Assembly (NCBI GenBank): GCA_964655775.1
Contig: CAZZNQ010000005.1
Location: 11,157-43,156 of the forward strand
Direction: 5' to 3'
From: an uncultured candidatus Brocadiaceae bacterium
GTDB taxonomy: Bacteria > Planctomycetota > Brocadiia > SM23-32
DNA: 32,000 bases
Shown here one piece after another: positions 14,745-22,666 of the stretch (positions are counted from its first letter, which is position 1; every line of letters begins with the position of its first letter). The notes below the pieces were generated by a model. It made no database searches and was not told the origin of the DNA. It saw only the letters and a list, made by a program, of their open reading frames with translations. The position numbers and the translations under genes are program-made.

Positions 14745-15744
14745 CGGCCCAACCCCCACCGCGGGCGCCGCAATCGAGGTCGAGCGGCTGGCGAAGAGTT
14801 TCGGCGACGTCCGAGCCGTGTCGGGTGTACACTTCCAGGTGCGCGAAGGGGAGCTCTTCGGCTTCCTCGGGCCGAACGGCGCCGGGAAGACCACCACCAT
14901 CAACATGCTCACCGGCCTGGCCCGGCCCGATGCGGGAACGATCCGCTTCTTCGAGCGGGACTACACGACGAACGTGAAGCGCGCACAGCACCTGATGGGC
15001 GTGGTGCCGGACGAGAGCAACCTGTACCCCGAACTCGACGGCTTCGAGAACCTCCGCTTCTGCGCGTCACTCTACGGCATGCGCCGACGCGAACGCGAAG
15101 CCCGCGCGCGCGAGCTGCTGGACACTTTCGGCCTGGCGGACGTGGGCGGGCGGAAGTTCGCCGCCTATTCGCGTGGCATGAAGCGCAAGCTGGCCATCGC
15201 CGCCGGCATCATCCACCACCCGCGCATCCTCTTCCTGGACGAGCCGACCACGGGCATCGACGTCGCCAGCGCGCGCCAGATACGCCGCCTGATCGCCGGG
15301 ATGAACGATGCCGGCACCAGCGTCTTCCTCACCACGCATTACATCGAGGAAGCCGAGCGCCTCTGCGACCGCATAGCCTTCATCGTGGAGGGGCGTGTCG
15401 TGCGGATCGACACCGTTGCGGACCTGGTCAGGGACGTGCAGGGGCGCCACGTCGTACAGCTCGCCCTCGGCGCTGAGGCCGGCTCCCTGCTGGATCCGCT
15501 GCGTGCCGAGTTCCCGAAAGTCGAGTTCGAGCCGCTCGCCGGCAACAGCCTGCGCGCCCACACGGAGAAGCCGCTTCCGCTGGCGCCCCTCGTGCGGTTC
15601 TTCGAGGAGCAGGGCGTGGACGTCACCGAGGCGCGCGCCATCCGACCGTCGCTGGAGGACGTGTTCGTCCGGGTCACCGGCGTCGCCCTGGAGCGCATGC
15701 GCAAGGAGAAGGAAGGCGGCAAGCAGAAAGGGGGCGGGAAGTGA
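14719..15744 (+). CDS. ABC transporter ATP-binding protein (DrrA/NatA-like, partner of an ABC-2 permease)
   Basis: Walker A GPNGAGKTT, signature SRGMKRKL, Walker B ILFLDEPTTGID, and a C-terminal extension typical of ABC-2-type ATPases. I chose GTG 14719 because AAGGAG (14706-14711) lies 7 nt upstream. The track start at 14683 is a TTG with no SD. No start codon exists downstream of the microORF stop and ahead of the conserved core. Confidence 0.9.
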   Translation: MCAPPTEDSGPTPTAGAAIEVERLAKSFGDVRAVSGVHFQVREGELFGFLGPNGAGKTTTINMLTGLARPDAGTIRFFERDYTTNVKRAQHLMGVVPDESNLYPELDGFENLRFCASLYGMRRREREARARELLDTFGLADVGGRKFAAYSRGMKRKLAIAAGIIHHPRILFLDEPTTGIDVASARQIRRLIAGMNDAGTSVFLTTHYIEEAERLCDRIAFIVEGRVVRIDTVADLVRDVQGRHVVQLALGAEAGSLLDPLRAEFPKVEFEPLAGNSLRAHTEKPLPLAPLVRFFEEQGVDVTEARAIRPSLEDVFVRVTGVALERMRKEKEGGKQKGGGK

Positions 15745-16478
15745 AGTCCTGGATCGCCTTCTGGAGCATCCTCAAGAAGGACATGCGCACCTATTACCTT
15801 AAGCCGCCGAACCTGAGCTGGGGCATCATCTTCCCGCTGGCGTGGACGCTGATGTTTTTCATCAAGTCCGGCAGCGGTTTCGGCGACGTGCGCGGCATCC
15901 TGCCCGGAGTCATGGCGCTCTCCATCCTCTTCGGCACCACCTCCATGCTGGCCGTGACGGTGACGTTCGAGAAGAAGGGGCGGTCGTTCGAGCGCCTGCT
16001 TCTGGCGCCGATGCCGTTGGAGTTGCTGATGCTTGCCAAGACGTCGGGGGCGGTGATTTTTGGCGTCGCGAACGCGTTCGTGCCGGTGCTGATGGCCGCG
16101 TTCCTCACGGATCTATCCGGCGTGGACTGGCTGACACTCGTGCCCGCCATCGTGCTCATCGCGATCAGCTCGACGTTCCTGGGCCTGCTGATCGCGGTGT
16201 CCGTCAGCGAGGTCTTCGAGGCGCAGACGTTCTCGAACTTCTTCCGCTTCCCGATGCTGTTCCTGTGCGGCCTGTTCTTCCCGCTGGAGGCACTGCCGGG
16301 CGTGCTCCGGCCGGCCAGCTATCTCCTGCCCCTCACCTACGGTGCAGACCTTCTTCACGGTGCAGTCAATCGGGCGGCCGTGAGGCCCGTGCCGCTGAAC
16401 TTCGCGCTGCTGGCCGCCTTCTGCGTCGTCCTGTTCCTGGTAAGCCTGCGCAACGTCAACCGCAAGTGGATCCTGTAG
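15741..16478 (+). CDS. ABC-2 type transporter permease (6 TM)
   Basis: 245 aa and hydrophobic throughout, with ABC-2 topology. The GTG start overlaps the ATPase stop (GTGA, 15741-15744), with AAGGGGG upstream. Confidence 0.9.
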   Translation: MKSWIAFWSILKKDMRTYYLKPPNLSWGIIFPLAWTLMFFIKSGSGFGDVRGILPGVMALSILFGTTSMLAVTVTFEKKGRSFERLLLAPMPLELLMLAKTSGAVIFGVANAFVPVLMAAFLTDLSGVDWLTLVPAIVLIAISSTFLGLLIAVSVSEVFEAQTFSNFFRFPMLFLCGLFFPLEALPGVLRPASYLLPLTYGADLLHGAVNRAAVRPVPLNFALLAAFCVVLFLVSLRNVNRKWIL

Positions 16479-16616
16479 CGCCCTGCCCTCAGGCCCAGCC
16501 GGTGCAGTGTGCGGCGAGGGCCGCCCAATTCTCTTAGCGGAACCCGCCCTTATCCGTTACCATGCAGTCGTGGAGGCCGTCCCTCCGGACGGTGACTCAG
16601 GGAGAGGGAGGGACAT

Positions 16617-19235
16617 ATGCACGTTGCACGTCGGTGGGGATTCCTGTGGTTGTGCACCTTCTGTCTGCTGCTGCCCGGCTGCGGGGAGAACATCCATTCT
16701 GCGTCCCTCCGGGGAGACGTTGAGGAGGTGCGCCTGCTCCTGAGGCAGGGAGCCGACCCCGATGCCCGGCGAGTGGCCGCCATGCCGGGCCACGATGAGG
16801 CCTACACTCCCCTGATCTACGCCGCCATCGGCGGCCATCCGGACGTCATCCGCCTCCTCTTGAAACACGGTGCCGATCCCCATCTTGCCGACTCCCACGG
16901 CTACACGGCCCTGCACCACGCCGCCTGGGAAGGCCACGAGGCCGCCGCCCGCGCCCTTCTGGCCCACGGCGTGGACGTCGATACAGGGAACGATTTCGGT
17001 GAGACGCCCCTCCACCACGTCACCAACAAGACCGCCGACCGAACCCGCGAACACCTGGGCGTCCTCCGGCTGCTGCTCGAGAAGGACGCCGACGTGAGCG
17101 CCACCGACCAGGACGGGCAGACTGCCCTGCACAACGCGGTGGAGCACGGCTGGCAGGCGGGCGCCGAGATGCTGCTCTCCCACGGCGCGGACGTCGCGGC
17201 GGCCGACGGCAGCGGGGAGACGCCCCTCCGGGAAGCCGTCCGTCGCGGCGACGCCCGGATGATGGACACTCTCCTGGAGCACGGAGCGAGGCACGATGCC
17301 TTCACCGCCGCTGCCCTGGGGAAAGCCGACCTGCTGGCCGACATGCTCGAAGACGACCCCGGCCTCGTTCGCAGCCGGGACGAGGCGAGCGGAGACACGC
17401 TCCTGCACCTGGCCGCCGCCCGCGGCAACCACGCAACGGTGGAGCTTCTGCTCGCGTCCGGCGCGGACGTCGACGCGGCGAACAAGTGGGGGGAAACGGC
17501 GCTCTCGGCGGCATCCCGGCGGGGGCACACGCAGGCCGAATCGCTGCTGCTGGCGAGCGGGGCCGACCCCGGCGACCGGGTTGACCTCACCCGGAGGACG
17601 GTTTCCCGGCCGGGCCTGAGGCTGCGCCATCCGGGTCCGGCGCACTGGATCGTCTCCACCGAGACCTGGCAGCTCTACGCTGCCGTTCCGGAACCCGAAA
17701 TCGAAGCCGAATACGCCGTCTGGGACATCGGCATGGTCGGGGCAGACAGGAACCGAGGGGGTGCCGCATCCGCCGGGGGAGCCGACGCCGAGGACCTCAT
17801 CGACGCCGTCCGGGTGGTGATCGCCAAAGAGCCCTCCCGGACCGTGGCGGAGCTGCGCAGACTTCGCGTGCCCTTCGAGCGCGACGACCTGGAGCGCGGC
17901 TACACTCGCCGACGGTTCCGGTTTCCGCAGGCGGGCCGGTACTGGCTCCGATGCACCTTCCACGATTCGGACGACCGTCCGGTGGCCGAAAGCCTCTGGG
18001 CCGTGACGTCGAGCGACAACTACCTGGCCGGGCTGGGCTGGGCTTTCGACCCTTCCGAGCTGGGGGAGATGGTATTCATCGAGGGAGGCAGCTTCCGGAT
18101 GGGGGCGCCGTCTTCTGCCCGGGCCAGGGAGGGGGAGCGCCCCCCGCACAGGGTGCGCGTGGACGACTTCTGGATCGGCAAGTATCCGGTTGCCGCCCGG
18201 GAGTTCTCGGAGTTCCTCAACGATCGCGGCAACCCGGACCATCGCTACCTGCGCGGGGACGCGTGGCGCCTCGCCTTCATGAAAGGGCATTTTGAGGAGG
18301 ACCTCGCGGCGGGGCGTGACGACCCGGAGAGGATCCAGAGACATATCGAGGACCTCGATGCCTTCTTTGCTCCCGTCGTCCAGTGGCCTCCCCGGCCCGA
18401 GATGGCCGCAAAGCACGATTTCGTCTACGAAGAGATGCTGGGCGCCCAGGGATCGATGGTTCCCGGTTGGTGCAATGTCGTTCTGGACCCCCGGACGGGC
18501 CTCTACCGTCCGCGGGGCGAACTGGACTTCTGTCCCGCCCATCGCGTCACGTGGTTCGGGGCGGTGGAATACTGCCGCTGGCTGAGCGAGCGCACGGGCC
18601 GCAGCTACCGCCTGCCCACCGAGGCCGAGTGGGAATACGCCGCGCGGGGGCGCGAGGGGCGGTCGCAGCCATGGGGCTTTCGGGCGCCTTTCGGCAAGGG
18701 CAAGGTGCCGTGGAGCTCGCTGTTCGGCGTTTTCGACAGGCAGATGGGCGTCTACCTGAACTACAATCACATCAACGTGGGATCGTTCCCGTACGGCGAT
18801 ACGCCGGAGGGCGTCGCGGACATGGTGGGCTATGTGCCGCAGTGGTGCAGCGACGCCTACTCCCGGGATTACTACAGACGCTCGCCGGTGGACAATCCCA
18901 CCGGCCCGGAGGTGCCCGAGGGGGAGCGAGATACCGTGCGGAGGTCTTTGAGGGGTGAAGGCTGGGGAACCGGAAGCTGGCTGAAGACGGAATACGTGGT
19001 CGCGCCCGCCTGGGCTCGGGCTGCGGTACCTCCGGCTTACCTGACGGACTATGGATTTCGGGTGGTGATGGAACCCGTGCACGGCGAGAAGGGAGGGACG
19101 CGTTCGTCGCCCAGCGCCTCCGGAACCGGAAACCAGGGAGCGGTCATCCTGGGAGCGACGGCGTCTGTGATGCTGACTCTCCTGGTGTTTGCCCTCTATC
19201 GCGCGCGGATTGAGCAAGCGGGCAGGACCAGGTAG
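16617..19235 (+). CDS. Envelope protein: signal peptide/possible lipobox, ~8-9 ankyrin repeats, linker domain, FGE-sulfatase-fold domain, C-terminal TM anchor
   Basis: GGGAGG lies 5 nt upstream of the ATG. N-terminus MHVARRWGFLWLCTFCLLLPGCGEN. Ankyrin consensus recurs (G-TPLH/TALH..A...GH......LL..GADV). FGE-sulfatase strings: FIEGGSFRMGAP, HRVRVDDFWIGKYPV, YRLPTEAEWEYAARG, GFRVV. C-terminal hydrophobic stretch AVILGATASVMLTLLVFALY followed by RARIEQAGRTR. The full-length antisense ORF 16557..19244 is shadow sequence. Confidence 0.85.
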   Translation: MHVARRWGFLWLCTFCLLLPGCGENIHSASLRGDVEEVRLLLRQGADPDARRVAAMPGHDEAYTPLIYAAIGGHPDVIRLLLKHGADPHLADSHGYTALHHAAWEGHEAAARALLAHGVDVDTGNDFGETPLHHVTNKTADRTREHLGVLRLLLEKDADVSATDQDGQTALHNAVEHGWQAGAEMLLSHGADVAAADGSGETPLREAVRRGDARMMDTLLEHGARHDAFTAAALGKADLLADMLEDDPGLVRSRDEASGDTLLHLAAARGNHATVELLLASGADVDAANKWGETALSAASRRGHTQAESLLLASGADPGDRVDLTRRTVSRPGLRLRHPGPAHWIVSTETWQLYAAVPEPEIEAEYAVWDIGMVGADRNRGGAASAGGADAEDLIDAVRVVIAKEPSRTVAELRRLRVPFERDDLERGYTRRRFRFPQAGRYWLRCTFHDSDDRPVAESLWAVTSSDNYLAGLGWAFDPSELGEMVFIEGGSFRMGAPSSARAREGERPPHRVRVDDFWIGKYPVAAREFSEFLNDRGNPDHRYLRGDAWRLAFMKGHFEEDLAAGRDDPERIQRHIEDLDAFFAPVVQWPPRPEMAAKHDFVYEEMLGAQGSMVPGWCNVVLDPRTGLYRPRGELDFCPAHRVTWFGAVEYCRWLSERTGRSYRLPTEAEWEYAARGREGRSQPWGFRAPFGKGKVPWSSLFGVFDRQMGVYLNYNHINVGSFPYGDTPEGVADMVGYVPQWCSDAYSRDYYRRSPVDNPTGPEVPEGERDTVRRSLRGEGWGTGSWLKTEYVVAPAWARAAVPPAYLTDYGFRVVMEPVHGEKGGTRSSPSASGTGNQGAVILGATASVMLTLLVFALYRARIEQAGRTR

Positions 19236-19388
19236 CAGCTTCATTTTGGATCTTGACTCTTATGGCCCATCCGCCCACAGGCTAGCAGACCGTGCTCGCC
19301 CTTCCGCGAAGGGGTACGCGATGCACCGTAGTAGCCGGGACACGCGGACGGGCGGCGCACGCGCTGACGCGGGCGCCACGGCGAGCGC

Positions 19389-19417
19389 TTGACAGGACGC
19401 ACCGGGACCTGTAGAAG
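19389..19417 (+). promoter_or_regulatory. Candidate sigma70-type promoter for the glycan cluster (TTGACA-17 nt-TAGAAG)
   Basis: TTGACA at 19389-19394, a 17-nt spacer, then TAGAAG at 19412-19417, about 60 nt upstream of the ATG at 19478. Hexamer match only. Confidence 0.35.
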
Positions 19418-19477
19418 CGTGTCGTGCGGCGTGCACGGTGCGCCGGAGCAGCAAGAACTGTGAGCGAGGAGTATGCC

Positions 19478-21178
19478 ATGACGCCGAAGAGAGCCCGCCT
19501 TGTCTATCTTGTGGTCTGCTTAGCGATGGCGTTCGCCCTCCCCTGTCGAGCGACGCTGCGGGTGGTCGACACCGGAAATCCTACGGCCTCGGACGAGAAC
19601 CCCGGCACGGAGGCGGCCCCGTGGCGGACCATCGCCAAAGCGGCGACGGAGGTGCAGCCCGGCGACGTGGTCTGCGTGATGGCCGGCACCTATCCGGAGC
19701 GCGTCAGGCTCTCGACCTCCGGCACGCCGGACCGCCCCATCGTCTTCCGCAGCGTGCCTCGGCACCAGGCCGTGATCCAGGGCTTCGAGTGCGACGACGC
19801 GAGCTACGTGCGCATCGAGGGATTCAAGGTCCACGCGCCGGATCCCGCGGACCGCGCGCCCGGCATCGTGCTGGGCAGCGGCGGGCACGTCGCGGCGATC
19901 GGCAATGAAGTGGCGGAACAGTACATGGGCATCTCGGGCGGCGGGCGCAACTGTCGGGTTGCGCTGAACCGCACGTTCAAGACTCAGTTCGGGCTGCTTG
20001 TAGGCGCCAGGAGCAGCAGCTGGATCATCGAGCGCAACGAGTTCCGCCGTCAGTACCAACACCAAAGCGGCGACTGCGACTACTCGCGGATGTGGGGTAA
20101 GGATCACGTAGTGCGGTTCAATCGCTACCACGACACGCGTCGGGCCGAGGTAGGCCAGGCCCACCTGGACTGCGTCCAGACGTTCAACGTGCGCGAGGAT
20201 CCCGATCAGTATCTCCAGAACATCACCTTCGAGCGCAACGTCTGCAGCCAGTTCAGCCAGGGGTTCATGCTCTCCACCAGCCTGCCGGGCACCGTCAACA
20301 CGTTCATCTTCCGGCGGAACCTGTTCTTCGAGGGCGGCTCGTGGGGCCTGAACGTGAAGAGGATCCCGGGATGCACCTCGGCGAACAACACGTTCTACCA
20401 CATCAAGTGGTACGGCTTCGGCAACGCGGGCGGCGAGAACGGCCGCGCCGAGAACAACATCTTCGTGCAGATCAACACGCCCTACACCACCGGCCCGGGC
20501 TTTGAGGGCGCCAACAACCTTATTCACGATTACGAGAACGCGCCCGAGGGCTCGGAAGGAGCCGAATACTTCCGGGGCGATCCCGCGTTCGCAGGAGCGG
20601 GCGTCGGCAACTTCCGGCTGACCGACGGCAGTCCGGCGATCGATTCGGGCAGCAACGGCGGGGACGTCGGCGCCGTCGAATACCCGAATGTCTACTACGT
20701 CGACGTCGACCATCCGGCCGCTGACGATCAGGGGTTCGGCTACGGTGGGTGGCCGTTCAAGACACTGGCCAGGGGGCTGGAGGTCGCGGGCGACGGAGAG
20801 ACGATTGTGGTCCGCGACGGCGTGTACCGAGAGTCGGTCGACCTCTCCAATCCCAACGTGACGGTGCGGGCAGCCGACGGCGAGACGGCGCGTATCTGCA
20901 CCGCCGCCCTGGTCACCGGCTGGGAGCGCAAGGCAGGGAGATGGACCGCCGGTGTCGCGTCCCGTCCCGAGAACCTGCTGCTCGACGGCGCGGTGCTGAA
21001 GGACTTCGAATACGACCGCGCGGCCGGGACCGTCTCGGTCAGGGGCTTCGACCCACGTCTACACACGGTGGAGATCCCGGACGCCTTCACTGTGAAGGTA
21101 CGTGACCGCGACGATCCGGCGGCGAGAGGCATCATCGTCTGTGACAGCTTCGTGCCCCACAACGCGGGGACCAGATAG
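19478..21178 (+). CDS. Secreted right-handed parallel beta-helix protein (pectate-lyase fold, two DUF1565-like caps)
   Basis: GAGGAG lies 6 nt upstream of the ATG at 19478. Signal peptide MTPKRARLVYLVVCLAMAFALPCRA. N-cap motif NPGTEAAPWRTIAKAATEVQPGDVVCVMAGTYPERV, with a second copy WPFKTLARGLEVAGDGETIVVRDGVYRESV. Between them is repetitive Asn/Gly-rich coil sequence. Confidence 0.8.
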   Translation: MTPKRARLVYLVVCLAMAFALPCRATLRVVDTGNPTASDENPGTEAAPWRTIAKAATEVQPGDVVCVMAGTYPERVRLSTSGTPDRPIVFRSVPRHQAVIQGFECDDASYVRIEGFKVHAPDPADRAPGIVLGSGGHVAAIGNEVAEQYMGISGGGRNCRVALNRTFKTQFGLLVGARSSSWIIERNEFRRQYQHQSGDCDYSRMWGKDHVVRFNRYHDTRRAEVGQAHLDCVQTFNVREDPDQYLQNITFERNVCSQFSQGFMLSTSLPGTVNTFIFRRNLFFEGGSWGLNVKRIPGCTSANNTFYHIKWYGFGNAGGENGRAENNIFVQINTPYTTGPGFEGANNLIHDYENAPEGSEGAEYFRGDPAFAGAGVGNFRLTDGSPAIDSGSNGGDVGAVEYPNVYYVDVDHPAADDQGFGYGGWPFKTLARGLEVAGDGETIVVRDGVYRESVDLSNPNVTVRAADGETARICTAALVTGWERKAGRWTAGVASRPENLLLDGAVLKDFEYDRAAGTVSVRGFDPRLHTVEIPDAFTVKVRDRDDPAARGIIVCDSFVPHNAGTR

Positions 21179-21200
21179 CCCAGACGGGGACGGCAGAGAC

Positions 21201-22559
21201 ATGGCAAGATACGCCCTGAAAACCAGCGATGTTCCGTTGGACGACTCCTGGGACGTGATCGTGGTCGGCGGAGGTCCGGCTGGATGCACGGCGGCCGCCT
21301 CCGCCGCGCGCGAGGGCGCCCGCACGCTGCTGATCGAGGCCACCGGCAGCCTTGGAGGAATGGGCACCTCCGGCCTGGTGCCGGCGTGGTGCCCGTTCAC
21401 GGACAAGGAGCGGATCATTTACGGCGGCATGGCCGAGCGCGTTCTCAAGGAGACGATGGCCGGCATGCCGCACGTCCCGGCGGACAGCTATGACTGGACG
21501 CCCATCGACCCGGAGCGCCTCAAGCGGGTCTACGACGACCTCGTCACCGAACACGGCGCCGAGGTGCTATTCAACGCGATGGTGACCGGAGTCGAGACGG
21601 ACGGAGCCGGTCGCGTGGACGCGTTGCTCGTCGCCTCTAAGGCCGGCCTCACGGCATACCGGGCGGACGTTTACGTGGACTGCTCGGGCGACGGGGACGT
21701 TGCGGTCTGGGCCGGCGCAGAGTACGAAAAGGGAGACGATGAGGGCGACCTGCAGCCGGCGTCGCATTGCTTCGTCATCGGCAACGTCGACATGTACGGA
21801 TACCTGCACTGCGGCAACGTGAAGTACCGGCCGGGGCCGCCCATCATCGACGAGATCGTCGCGTCCGGCAAATACCCGGAGATCCCGGACACTCACGCCT
21901 GCAATAACATTGTCGGCCCTGGCGCCGTCGGCTTCAACGCGGGGCACATCTGGGACGTCGACAACACAGACCCGTTCAGCGTCAGCCGGGGTCTGATGCA
22001 GGGCCGACGGATCGCGGCCGCGTTCCGGGATGCCCTGGCGGAGTTCTTCCCCGCTGCGTTCGGCAACGGCTTTCTCGCCGGCACCGGCAACTTACTGGGC
22101 ATCCGCGAAACCCGCCGCATCATCGGCGATTACTGCCTGACGCTCGATGACTTCGTCGCGCGCCGCAGCTTTCCGGACGAGATATGCCGCAACTGCTACT
22201 TCGTGGATGTACACCACAAGCAAACTGAGGCCGCCCGGTACACGGACGACACCGACGGTTCGTGGACCAAGAACCGCCACATCGGACTCGGTCCCGGGGA
22301 ATCACACGGGATCCCGTACCGCTGCCTGACGCCGAAAGGGCTGAAGAACGTTCTGGTGGCAGGACGCTGTATCTCCACGGACCGCCCCGTCCAGGGCAGC
22401 ACGCGTGTGATGCCCGTGTGCCTGGCCATGGGAGAGGCGGCGGGAATGGCGGCAGCTCGCGCAGGGCACGGCGTTGAGGCGGATGTGCGATCGGTGGACG
22501 TTGATCGGCTTCGCAGTGACTTGCGCGAAGCCGGCGCCTATCTTCCTGAGGTGCGATAG
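21201..22559 (+). CDS. FAD-dependent oxidoreductase (FAD_oxidored-type; GIDA/thiazole-synthase-like Rossmann N-terminus)
   Basis: DVIVVGGGPAGCTAAASAAREGARTLLIEATGSLGGMGTSGLV dinucleotide-binding motif 19 aa after the ATG at 21201. Begins 22 nt after the preceding stop, so probably co-transcribed. The track start at 21102 lies inside the upstream gene. Confidence 0.85.
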   Translation: MARYALKTSDVPLDDSWDVIVVGGGPAGCTAAASAAREGARTLLIEATGSLGGMGTSGLVPAWCPFTDKERIIYGGMAERVLKETMAGMPHVPADSYDWTPIDPERLKRVYDDLVTEHGAEVLFNAMVTGVETDGAGRVDALLVASKAGLTAYRADVYVDCSGDGDVAVWAGAEYEKGDDEGDLQPASHCFVIGNVDMYGYLHCGNVKYRPGPPIIDEIVASGKYPEIPDTHACNNIVGPGAVGFNAGHIWDVDNTDPFSVSRGLMQGRRIAAAFRDALAEFFPAAFGNGFLAGTGNLLGIRETRRIIGDYCLTLDDFVARRSFPDEICRNCYFVDVHHKQTEAARYTDDTDGSWTKNRHIGLGPGESHGIPYRCLTPKGLKNVLVAGRCISTDRPVQGSTRVMPVCLAMGEAAGMAAARAGHGVEADVRSVDVDRLRSDLREAGAYLPEVR

Positions 22560-22666
22560 GAAGACCATCGGCGGGCAGGCTCTTTCGGTGCGGCCCTCTG
22601 CGGGCCGTCGCACAGGTGAACCTTGGTCCCGACCCCGTAGCGCTCACTTTCCTGGAGTCACATGCG

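Noticed and set aside
16557-19244. 895-aa minus-strand ORF spanning the entire ankyrin/FGE gene
   Set aside because: Arg/Gly/Pro/Ala/His-rich with no recognisable motifs. The + frame carries clear ankyrin and FGE-sulfatase motifs, an SD and a signal peptide. This is a typical antisense shadow ORF of GC-rich DNA.
22588-22613. GC-rich stem-loop (CGGCCC-TCTGC-GGGCCG) between the FAD oxidoreductase and GH2 genes, considered as a terminator or attenuator
   Set aside because: Short 6-bp stem, ambiguous extension and no U-tract. The genes are more simply read as co-transcribed.
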